A stretch of 64,000 nucleotides of DNA, from the NCBI RefSeq assembly GCF_001194135.2, contig NC_068991.1, positions 72,168,400 through 72,232,399 of the forward strand. The letters are read 5' to 3'. A model generated the notes under the pieces. That model was given only the letters and a program-made list of their open reading frames with translations. It had not been told where the DNA came from and ran no database searches. The translations under genes were made by a program, and so were the position numbers. Source of the DNA: Octopus bimaculoides (Eukaryota). Of the stretch, positions 26,005-36,815 are shown in pieces; position 1 is the stretch's first letter, and each line of letters starts with the position of its first letter.

Positions 26005-26381
26005 ACGCAATAAGCACCATTCATGCGTGGGTCGTTGCCAGTGTCGCCTGGATGGCTCCCCGTGCCGTTGGCATGTAAAAAGCACCGTCCGAACATGGTC
26101 GATGCCAGCCTCTCCGCCCCAATTGGCTCCTGTGCTGGTAGCACATAAAAAGCACCATCCGAATGATGCCGATGCCAATGCCACCTGACTGGCTCCTGTG
26201 CCAGTGGCACATAAAAAGCCCCCACTACATTCTTGGAGTGGTTGGCATCAGGAAGGACATCCAGCTGTAGAAACATTACAAGATCAGATTGGAGCCTGGT
26301 GTGGCCTCCTGGTTTGCTGGTTTCCAGTCAAACCGTCTAATCCATGCCAGGATGGAAAACAGACATTAAACAATTATGATG

Positions 26382-26448
<67 letters not shown>

Positions 26449-26610
26449 ATATATATATATAGCTATATACATACATATATATGCATATATCAAAACATTA
26501 GATTGGAGCCTGGTGCAGCCTTCTGGCTCGTCAGCCCTCAGTGAAACCGTCCAACCCGTGCCAGCATGGAAAGCAGACATTAAATGATGACGATGATAAT
26601 GATGATGATG
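26005..26610 (+). mobile_element. Family B copy with internal tandem units (26005-26385) plus a second tail fragment (26495-26610), split by (TA)n
   Basis: Repeated ggcac/atgtaaaaagcacc units; two RTE-type tails. Confidence 0.8.
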
Positions 26611-27914
26611 ATACATGTGCATATATGTGTGTGTAAGTAGATGGGATGGCCATAAATGGAATGCTTTTGATATATCTGTTCATTCAGTATTGATTTGAAG
26701 TTAAACAACAGCAGCAACAATAACAGCAACATGCCCAAATACCTATCCTAAATCCTACCTAATAATGTAATAATGTACCTAAGGTAAGATACTAGTGTGT
26801 TACTATGACAACAAAACTTCAGATGGAAACAAACTGGCCGATTTGTTAGAGAATGCTTCATGGTATTTGTTCTGACCCCTGGTGTTCTGAGTTCAAATCC
26901 TGCCATGATCAGCTTTACCTTTTATCCTCCCAGGGTTGATTAAAACAGGGGCCAATCCAAGGTGGTGGATTAGTGGAAATATAAAAGCATCAAACTGGAT
27001 GTCTTGCAGTATCTATTCTGGATCTTTGCATTCTGAGTTCAAATCCTGCCAGGGCTTACTTAGGTGGTAGACTTAGCACATTGTCCAGTTTAACCTGTTT
27101 AGCCTTTAAACCGGCTGTATTTGGCCCAGTTATTCAACCTGATTTATGCTCACACCAGCCAGGTCCAGCTTCTCACACCTACCCAACAATGTCATTCTAC
27201 AAATAAACAATCACATCGTTGAAGTGCCAAAGCTACAAGACAGAATAACCGAAATGCTTTCTCTGCCTTGACCCGAGCATAGGACAGGGCTCGCCTTTTT
27301 GAGCTGGGAAATGAATGGAATGCTCGGAGTGTGTCTTGTTGTGGCTACCCCCTCCTATGGAGAACTTAGGCTTTGGTAAATAAAAAAAAAATTCTGATTT
27401 GGGGGTACATTTCCCTTCCCCCTACAAGTCTTGGGGGCTCTACGAAAGGGGTCATGGGTACAGTCATCCACTCCACCCCACATGACTAAAAAGATAAAAC
27501 GAAATAAATAAATATTAACATATTTATTTCAGAACGACTTTGTGGGTAGGAAGGGAATTATTTATTTTATTCTATTTTATTATTTTATTTTATTTTTGTT
27601 CTTTATTTGGAATACTTTTGTATTTTGTTATGACAGAAAGTTGACATTTAATCACGTTAAGTTGATATGAAAACTCATTGTGTGGCAGTTTAAAATGGAA
27701 TAGCAAATAAATCAGATGAAACGATGTGTTAGCTTGCAAAGAGAAACCATGTCACATGAATAAATAGTTTATATTCATTTGAATGCATAACCATGAAACA
27801 AGGTCTTTAGCTGATAGTAGTAGTAGTAGTGGTGGTAATTACAGAAATGAAAGTTTCTACGCAAAAACCTGTGCGCATACACACACACACCCACCCATGT
27901 ATGTATATATACTG

Positions 27915-28215
27915 TCTGGTTATGAAGTTTGCCTTCCAAAAACATGGTTTCAGGTTCAATTCCACTGCATGGACCTTGGGCAAATGTCTTCTGCCATAAC
28001 TCCATGCCAACCAAAGCTTTGTGAGTGGACTTGGCAGATGGAAACTGAAAGAAGCCCATCATGTGTTTATGTGTGTGTGTGTTTGCGTCTCCTTGTCTCG
28101 ATGTCATGTGATAGTTGTAAATGAGCATCACTGTCATACAAGCAGTGTCTCTCATTTCTAATATTCTGTGAAAGCATGTCTGGCCATGGATAAATATTAT
28201 TTTGCTTCAAAATTA
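27915..28215 (+). mobile_element. SINE family A2 (A head with an alternative 3' half)
   Basis: A-type head and core, then ...catttctaatattc...catgtctggccatgg shared with 31265-31805 and 40730-41040. Confidence 0.7.
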
Positions 28216-28384
28216 GAGAAACTATGGTAACCTCAAGACAAAATACTGCAGTTTCCAGGCTTTCAGACATGTATCTACATTAAGTATGATACACTAAATG
28301 CTATTTTGAACTATACTGCTTTCATTGCTGATAAATTTTTATCCAGCCTGCCAGCTAATTGCAAAACCAGTACATAAAACAGTG

Positions 28385-28560
28385 CCAGCTGCGCAAACTG
28401 GATGGTGCCTGTGGAAGAGAAAGACCTAGAAAGGAGTTGAATGAAGAGATGGAAACTAAACTCAAAATGCTGAACCCAACAAAAGAAATGACAAATGTCT
28501 GTGACAACTGATGACATGCCGGAATGGAGAGCAAAGCTGCCCTCAAGAAAGCATAGCAAA
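28385..28560 (+). mobile_element. RTE ORF C-terminal remnant
   Basis: Reads DGACGRERPRKELNEEMETKLKMLNPTKEMTNVCDN*, homologous to 11545-11690. Confidence 0.65.
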
Positions 28561-29208
28561 AAGAATGTGAAGGAAGAAAGAATTGAAGAATTGGTGGCTG
28601 GGATAGTCTTGCAGTAATTTACCAATTGTTCCTTCACTGTCTCTTTTTCCCTTTCTTCTCTCCTTAGCCTCCCCACCAGGGATCTTTTCACTAGTTTTAC
28701 CCCCTGCTCTCCCCACTACCTCTATAATAACTTCATACCTCCAACTTCTCCTCATCTTACAGCATTTACCCTCTAGTCCCCCCACCACCACCGCCACCAG
28801 CCAACTGACAACAGAAGGATTCAAACTCAAAGCAGAAAATGCTACAATTACCACAAGGTATTTTTCTGCCTCTCTATCATTTTGCTTGTAAAATAACTCA
28901 ACATGGTGTTATCAAAAACAACAAATAAATGTTCAAATACCATAAATATTCTAGCTGTTGTTATTTTTTGCGTGCTTCTTTGTCAAAATTAAATCATAAC
29001 AGTTATAAACGACCATTATTCTCATAGCAAATATTAATGCTGTGATATCAAAGTTCAAAAAAAGTAGCTAAGTAACTCATGCTTTGTCTAAAGCAATTAC
29101 TATGACATACACATAATTCTCTCATTAGTCTTAGCTTACAAATGTACATGCATGTGCACATGTGCGTGCACACACACACACACACTTGTGTATATGTTCA
29201 TGTATATT

Positions 29209-29532
29209 AAGAAGGCATGTGGCTTAGTGGTTAGGGCATTCGGCTCGCGATTGTAAGGTCGTGAGTTCAATTCCTGGCGACGCATTGTGTCCTTGAACAA
29301 GATACTTTATTTTACATTGCTCCTGTCCACTCGGCTGGCAAAAATGAGTAGTACCTGTATTTCAAAGGGCCGGCCTTGTCACACTCTGTGTCACGCTGAA
29401 TCTCCCTGAGAACTGCGTTAGGGGTACACGTGTCTGTGGAGTGCTCAGCCACTTGCATGTTAATTTCATGAGCAGGCTGTTCCGTTGATCGGATCAGCTG
29501 GGACCCTCGTCGTCATAACCGACAGAGTGCTC
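29209..29532 (+). mobile_element. tRNA-derived SINE family C with 10-bp TSD
   Basis: Head tggcttagtggttagggcattcggctcgcg...gagttcaattcc; CATGTATATT at 29199-29208 and 29533-29542; 3' ~190 bp shared with 46425 and 48525. Confidence 0.9.
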
Positions 29533-29569
29533 CATGTATATTGTACATGCATGAAACGGCACAAACACA

Positions 29570-29705
29570 AAACCTGAAATTCTAAGAGGGTCGGGGTTAG
29601 TCAATTATGTCAAAGCCAGGACCCAACTAATACCTGTTTTATTGACCCCGAAAGGATAAAGAGCAAAGTGGACTCAGCAGAATTTAAACTCTGAATGTAA
29701 AGAAG
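29570..29705 (-). mobile_element. SINE family D fragment
   Basis: acctgaaatt...ttattgaccccgaaaggataaagagcaaagtggac. Confidence 0.75.
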
Positions 29706-29773
29706 TGAAAGAAGTGCTTGCTGCCGGTGCCATGTAAATGGCACCTATGCATTGTAGTCGTGGTCATTGCAGG

Positions 29774-30566
29774 CAGGGCTTTGGAGTCAGCGTCAGAGTC
29801 GTGGAGTCAGAATCGGAGTTGGAGTCATGAAGTCAGAGTCGTGGATTTGAAGACGTGGAGTTAGAGTCATGGAGTCGGAGTCATGAAGTTGGAATTGTGG
29901 AGTTGGAGTCCTGGAGTCGGAAACAATTAAAGGGTAGTCGGAGTTGGTAAAACTATACCGACTCTGACTCACAGTATTCTTTTATTCTTTTACTTGCTTC
30001 AGTTATTTGACTATAGCCATGCTGGAGCACTGCCATTAGTCAAACAAATCAACCCTGGGACTTAATCTTTGTAAGCCTGGTACTTATTCTATCAGTCTCT
30101 TTTGCTGAACCACTAAGTTACGGGGATGTAAACACACCGACATCAGTTGTCAAGCAATGTTGGGGGACAAACAAACACGCACACACACACACACACACAC
30201 ACATACACACATATGACGGGCTTCTTTCAATTTCCATCTACCAAATCCACTCATAAGGCTTTGGTTGACCTGAGGCTATAGTAGAAAACACTTGCCCAAG
30301 GTACCATGCAGTGGGACTGAACCCAGAACCACGTGGCTGGTAAGCAAGCTACTTACCACACAGCCACTCCTGCGCCTGTATATATCTTTATTCTTTAATA
30401 TAAACCAGTTCTAACATATAGGCCTACTCAAAGTACAGGTGTATGCATATGCTTTATGAGCTAAGTAGACCACAATCACTTAATTACATAAAGAGGAGTT
30501 GGAGTCGCAGGTGCCAATAGTAGAGGAGTCAGAGTCAAAGTTTTTTGTTTCAACTCAGCAGCCATG
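29774..30566. mobile_element. hAT-like MITE with (GGAGTC)n, interrupted by SINE A
   Basis: Ends cagggctttggagtc... and ...caactcagcagccatg are imperfect TIRs; GGAGTC repeats on both sides of the insertion; no clean 8-bp TSD. Confidence 0.6.
29985..30385 (-). mobile_element. SINE family A nested in the hAT-like MITE
   Basis: Full copy; tctttattcttt on both flanks (possible TSD overlapping the tail). Confidence 0.9.
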
Positions 30567-30830
30567 GTTGGCACCCATGTAAATGGCACCCACCCGTGAA
30601 TTGTAGTTGTGGTCATTACCGGTGTCATGTAAATGGCACCTGTGCCGGGGGGCACATAAAAGAACCTGTTACACTCCTGGACTGGTTGGCATTATGAAGG
30701 GCATCCAGCTGTAGAAACCATGCCAAATCAGACTGGAATGAGGTGCAGCTCTCCGGCTCATCAGCTCCAGTCAAACCATTTAACCCATGCCAGCATGGAG
30801 AGGGGATGTTAAACGATGATGATGATGACA
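30567..30830 (+). mobile_element. Family B 3' part (5' part at about 29715-29773)
   Basis: The gtgccatgtaaatggcacc unit is present on both sides of the hAT-like insertion; (gat)n tail abuts the right IR arm. Confidence 0.8.
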
Positions 30831-31264
30831 AACATATACACAAGCTCACACATCTGTGTGTGTGTGTGCACGTGTGCACATGTGAGTGCATGAGAATGTA
30901 CATTCGTAAGCTAAGCCTAACGAGAAAATTATATGTCATAGTAATTGCTTTAGACAAAGCATGAGTTACTTAGCTACTTTTTTAAACTTTGATATCAACA
31001 GCATTAATATTTGCTATGAGAATAATGGTCGTTTATAACTGTTATGATTTTATTTTGACAAAGAAGCACACAAAGAGTAACAACAGCTGGAATATTTGTG
31101 GCATTTAAACACTTGTTTTTTGATAACATGATGTTGAGTTATTTTACAAGCAAAATGATTCTCTAAGCTAACAAAGAGATAAACACTAACTCGTGATTAT
31201 ATATTGTGTACAAAATAATACAATGGTTATTTTAAAGTTGGGGTGGTCAGACATAAAGTTAGAT

Positions 31265-31560
31265 TTTAGAGTGTAGGCATGATTGCATGATTAAGAATTT
31301 TGTTTCACAACTACAGGGTTTGAGGTTCTGTCCACCGTGTGACACCTTGGGCAAGTGTCTTCTACCAAGGTCTTGAGAGTTGATTTGGAGGATAGAAACT
31401 GTAAGGAACCCATCCTCTGTGTGTGTGTGTGTGTGTGTGATGAAATCGGCCAGCCCCTGCTCCCACCAAATTTCAGGTCTTGTGCCTATAGTAGAAAGGA
31501 TTATTATTATTATTTTTAATACATCTCACCAGTGTTATAAAGTTTTCCACGGTATGTACA

Positions 31561-31594
<34 letters not shown>

Positions 31595-31805
31595 TTTTTG
31601 CCTTGGCATCATCTGGTAGTTGTATATGGGGGTCACTATCAGACAGCTAGGGTCATTTCTAATATTCAGCAAAAAACATGCCTGACCATGGGAGAAAAAA
31701 TATGACCTTGCTTGGAAACAGCTGAGGGTTGGTGACCAGAGGAGCATCAGGCTATCAAAAGGCTGCCTCAATAAACTCCGTCCAACCCATGCAAGCATGG
31801 GAAAA
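31265..31805 (+). mobile_element. SINE family A2 ending in an RTE-type tail, with a SINE D tail inserted (about 31445-31510)
   Basis: A head, then tgaccttgcttggaaacag...aacccatgcaagcatgg. Confidence 0.65.
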
Positions 31806-32020
31806 TGTACATTCTTTTCTACTCTAGGCACAAGGCCAAAAATTTTTGGGGGTGGGTGCCAGTCGATTAGATCGACCCTAGTACGGAACTGGTACTTAAT
31901 TTATCGACTACAAAAGGATGACAGGCAAAGTCGACCTTGGCGGAACTTGAACTCAGAACGTAAAGACAGACAAAATACCACTAAGCATTTCGCCCAGCGT
32001 GCTAACATTTCTGTCAGCGC
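31805..32020 (-). mobile_element. SINE family D
   Basis: Near full-length match to the 43258-43475 copy. Confidence 0.9.
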
Positions 32021-32064
32021 ACCAATGTACATTAAAACAATGATGATGTAGTTGTTGTTGTTGT

Positions 32065-32096
<32 letters not shown>

Positions 32097-32379
32097 ATGA
32101 TGATGGTGATAATGAAATGTATAGTGCTAGGCTTGATCTCTCAACATGACATGGTGCCTTGGATGCATCAACCATAGTCTCCAGTGGACCACTTCTTCCT
32201 TGTGAGTGGAATCTGATAGATGGAAACTATGTGGAAGCTTGTGCGGTTAAGCAGTTTGTTTTGCAGCCATATGGCTTCTGTGTTTATCCTATTCTCCAGC
32301 ACCAAAAGCATAATAGCCAGAGTAAGAGTCAGTTCAAGGGACTATTATCCCAGCTGATAAAAATGGATTACCGTATATA

Positions 32380-32599
32380 CTTGGCTATAAGTCGCACTTT
32401 TATCCCCTGAAATTTTCACCTAAAGTCGAGGATTTGACTTATAAGCGCATCCTATAAACAAATCTTCAGTTATTTTCTAGGTACAAGCCATGTCTGAAGT
32501 TCCAACACTTGGAATAACTGAAAAGGATAAAATTTTACTGGGCAGTACCATTCAATCCGGCGGTGTCAACAGTACTAAAATAAGTGTTGTTTGGGAACA

Positions 32600-32600
<1 letters not shown>
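32380..32600 (+). mobile_element. Tc2/pogo-like DNA transposon left end
   Basis: ta|ccgtatatacttggctataagtcgcac resembles the TIR style of 33964-34453. Confidence 0.5.
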
Positions 32601-32648
<48 letters not shown>

Positions 32649-32834
32649 GGGAGAGTATTCTCAGGAGAAAACTTGTTTACAAACTATGTAAGATGTTCAG
32701 GACTACTTACTTTATGTTTTTATTTTGTATTTTAAAAATAATTAAGTGGAGATGTGTAGCAACGATGAAGGAGGAAAAAGATGGGATAAAATACACACAC
32801 ACACACATACATAGATTATAGCAGCGCCTCCATC

Positions 32835-32880
32835 TAAGAATATCTGAAGAAGGAATTGTATTCCGAAATATCATCGGACT
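32835..32880 (+). ncRNA. Minimal type I hammerhead ribozyme motif (Penelope/retrozyme type)
   Basis: CTGAAGA (32844-50), A, stem II GGAAT/tgt/ATTCC, GAAA, palindromic stem III (A)TAT, C17 at 32872. Stem I pairs only 2 bp. Confidence 0.6.
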
Positions 32881-33276
32881 ATGGATAACTAAATTACAAC
32901 AGGTATATAGTCCATTTTTTGTATTATAGTGCATTGTTGTACCATTCAAAACTTTTTATTCTTTACATATATCTATGGATTTATATACGTGTATAAGCAC
33001 GTGTATGTATGTATTTATGCATAAGCATGTATGTGAATCTTGTCTCACCTCAAAAAATTTAAAACTATAGTAATAAGTTGAGGCATGTGACCTTGTGGTT
33101 AAGAAGTTCAGCTTATGCTCATAAAGTCATCAGTTCAACTACTGGGCCATATGACACTATGTGTCCTTGAGCAAGACTCTTTAGTTCATGTTATCCCACT
33201 CTATTCCACAGTAATGAATAGAATGGGTAATTTGAATAAATAGAGGAAGAGAGAGCTATATTAGAACCTGGTGCAG

Positions 33277-33312
<36 letters not shown>

Positions 33313-33397
33313 CTTTCTCTCTCCCCACTCCCTCTGCTCTGCTAGATAAAAGGGGAGAAGGATGAGCTGTCTATGCCTGCTCTTGACTCTATAGGTA

Positions 33398-33690
33398 CAA
33401 GGTACATTCCAGAAGTTTCCAGACATTTTTAGAAGAAGCAGTTATAACCGTCCTCAATTTGTGTAATTCTAGTATACCATTACTATACACCTAATAAGCT
33501 AACCTGCCGAATTTTGTTATTCCAGATGGAAGGAGATGCCTCATGCAGTACTTTGAACACACTCTACTAAACACTGCTCGTCACAACTGACTAGTTTGCA
33601 GAATGCAGTGATGACATAAAGACAATTTGGAATCTCACTATGCAATAAAGTTTTGTTTCAGACAGGGCAAAAATACTGCAGAAACTTATG
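33398..33690 (+). mobile_element. Mariner 5' remnant
   Basis: ta|caaggtacattccagaagtttcc terminus; ORF ESHYAIKFCFRQGKNTAETY matches the mariner N-terminal EQRxxIKFCFxLGK motif. Confidence 0.75.
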
Positions 33691-33720
33691 TACATATTAC
33701 AAAAATAATAAAAAAATATA

Positions 33721-33804
33721 CAGTACTGTTTCTACTTCACGGATTTTCACCTATCGCAGGGGTGGGGGTGGAACGTAACAGCCGCGATAGTCGAGGGATT
33801 ATTG
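33721..33804. mobile_element. Short Tigger/pogo-like MITE
   Basis: ta|cagta...cctatcgc...ggaacgtaac..ccgcgata..cgagggattattg|ta. Confidence 0.6.
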
Positions 33805-33963
33805 TATTTGATTTTATCAATTGTGGAAGAATGAAAGGAAAATCTAAGTTTTCTATTATAATTAATTTCTTCACATGCTGGAAGCTTTATCAACCTCACT
33901 ATTTAACTAATACTTTATTTTATCAGGGATGGAAGGTAAAGTCCGAGTTTTCTATTATAATTA

Positions 33964-34453
33964 CCGTAAATCCTCGAGTATAATCCGCATTTTTTTCCCG
34001 AAAATTTAAAGGTCAAAATCCCTAGTGCGTACTATATACGAGGTTAAAAATTTTTAATATTTTCTAAGCAATGTCCGAGTCTCTATTTGCTGTCCGGCAA
34101 TGTTTATTCAGACGCATTTTGTGATGTCGGGCTTGTAACCGATAGTGATAAATATGTAAAGGCAATTTACTTAATATTTAGTTTTCACTGACGTTATTTA
34201 TGTTATTTCTTTATTTTCTGCAAACAAAGTGCACAAAAAAAGCTACACGTTTGCATTATGTTATATATACAATAATAATAAAGGACGTTGCCGTATATAC
34301 GTTTACAAACCAAGGACGTTATACAGACCTCCTTGACTCAAGTTAGAGAAGGGGTACGTATTATACACAAGGTTTAGGTTTTTCAGAGGTACAGCCCCCT
34401 AAAAATCCCCTGCGTATTATACTCAAGGGCGGACTATATTCGAGGATTTACGG
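33964..34453. mobile_element. 490-bp Tc2/pogo-type MITE
   Basis: 25-bp TIRs ccgtaaatcctcgagtataatccgc / gcggactatattcgaggatttacgg (2 mismatches); TA on the left, GA on the right. Confidence 0.85.
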
Positions 34454-34779
34454 GACATGTACATCTCAGAAGCTTTATTAGAAATATTCAAGCAATTTCA
34501 GGACTTGACTGGTATTATGTTTTATTGAACCCAAAAGGATAAAAAACTAGGCTTCAGTTTTCTGTAATGATTTCATTCACATCTAGGAAAGTAATCATAA
34601 TTATTAGAAATATTGCATTGATCTCAGTACTGTACGAGTTGTTGTTGTCATCATGTATTGTAGGCTTTGCAATATGTTGATGACACTACAACAAAAGCCT
34701 TCCTGATTAACTGCGAGTTCTCCCATCGGATAAAGCCATAGTGTTTCTTTGTTCTAACTTTCTCATAGGAACTGATTTT

Positions 34780-36030
34780 ATTTTTATTACATATATATAG
34801 ATGTATATGATAGATGAATAATACAAAACCACATTAAAATAAAAATCCTAAACAATAGTCATGATTCTTCCGTAATATAAGTTTTTACAAATGAAAGACA
34901 AAGAAAAGAAGAAAAGCGGGGGGAAAAAAGGGAAAAAGGGAAGAGAAAAATAAAAGAGAAAAAATGTCAATGCAACACCAAGTGCCACAACTAGCCGTAC
35001 ACCACAAGGATCAACAGAACCTACTGAAGCAGGCCAGTATGCTTGCAGTATTACCACGGACGATGGTGAGGCTAAGACGTTGGAATAGCCAAGCACTTTC
35101 ACAGGCACCACCTGACACCTTGGTGCAGAAAACTGTCAACGATGACAAGCACTTTGTGGTTAGTGGCCCAGTTCCTCCAACCGTCCCAAACACCACAGGT
35201 TGGAAGAGATAGTTCTCTGCCAGGTCCTGATACTTCAGGGTTTTATTCCGTTTGGTTTTGGAAGCAGTGACCCTTCCCTTTACTGCAGCGTCCAGGATGT
35301 GTGAGGGGGTAAGAGTCATGGATTGTGGTGTCCCAGATGAGGAACCTATCTTTAACCAGAGACAGAGGGTAAGACCATCTGGTCTCTTTCCATCACTTCT
35401 GGATAATCCTGCCAGCTCCAGAACTGAGGGGATATTAAGAGTCAGGGCCCGCTTAATGATTAGGTAGCTTGGTGTGACAAGCGAAACAACCAGCATTTAG
35501 GTGGCAATACAGACCACGAGAATCTGTTGGATTGCGGGGCCTCCACAGTGGCATCTCAATCCTATACAGACGTCAGCTTCCACTCTGAGTGCGATAGAGA
35601 TGCAGAGTTCATCTAAGCTGGCCACAGACAAGGAATCAATCCAGTCCTCCGAGAATTTTGTACAAGCTGAAAGTAGGCGACACCTTGATCAGACCGAACA
35701 CGGAGAGAGTTGAAAGTGACACCTGAATGCAGATTCTCCCATACTCTCTGCTTCCGTCTATCCTCAACTGTAGCAGAAACTGACAAACCCAGCTCCCTCC
35801 AGTGTTTTATTGGCAGAGATATCGGGGGTGGTTTGCCAATTACCTTCCCCAAATGGATGGCTGTTGGTTCACAAGGAGCTTGTCTGTCCTTCGACAAGTC
35901 TTGTTTTTAATCTTGTCGGGTGTCGAGACCCACCTTCACAAGAGAAGCCAGCTACTCAAGCCAGTTTAGTCACCAACCACTCATCCACGGAACAGCTAGT
36001 ACTGTTTACATTATACCAGTAGCAGGTTTC
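34780..36030 (-). mobile_element. CRE-clade non-LTR retrotransposon, 5'-truncated (Zn-knuckle plus restriction-like endonuclease)
   Basis: RLLSAC...EDWIDSL...ALRVEADVC..RCHCG followed by IIKRAL..IPSVLELAGLSRSDGKRPDGLTL...KYQDL..NYLFQPV...WLFQRLSLTIVRGNTASIL; frameshifted. Confidence 0.85.
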
Positions 36031-36474
36031 ATCAATCAGTCTGTGATGAGATCCATGACCAGTTTACAGGTACTTTAATTTCATTGAATCAAAACACCTT
36101 GAAAGAGTAAAAGACAAAATTGAACCCCGGTGAGATTTGAGCTTATGATAGAAACAGCTGTGACTAAATACTGCATAGCATTTTATCCATCACTCTAATC
36201 TAGTCCTCGTTTTAGTAACCTAAATACCTTTGACTAGAGAAAATAGATACAATAATAGTTAGGCGGAGAGCGGCGAAGACTATAGCCAAAGACATCTGAA
36301 GCTACACACAATTTACCTGTTATTTGACACAATGATAACTGGTTGTTTGTTAGACAGTTACAAGTATGGTCATTAAACAATACAATGTAAATGTAATGTT
36401 CGTTCTTCCTCCCTCTCTGAATTGTCGGTACATAAATATACACAGTTTAATTGCTATGTAACCCCATGAACTTT

Positions 36475-36815
36475 CACACACATACTTTTATATATATACA
36501 CGCGTACATAAATACATACACACGTTTATACGTATATACATGCATCTATATATACATTCGTATATACATTTATATATACAGATATACGTACATTCATATA
36601 TGTATATTCATACGTACATATACACATTCGTACATATATACACGCATACATATATATAATAATATATGCTTGCATACATACATTCATACATACTACATAT
36701 GCATACATACACACATACATTCATACATAGACATGCTCTCACACACACACACACATACACATCTATACTCACATCCATATATACATGTATACATACATAT
36801 ACGTGCATACACACA
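36475..36815. repeat. Degenerate (TA/CA/TACA) microsatellite field
   Basis: Direct. Confidence 0.9.

Larger units (their letters stand above)
28876..31159. repeat. Long inverted repeat: arms 28876-29198 and 30831-31159
   Basis: Manual alignment gives about 90% identity over about 325 bp; TCTCT directly flanks both outer ends (28871-28875, 31160-31164). Confidence 0.9.
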
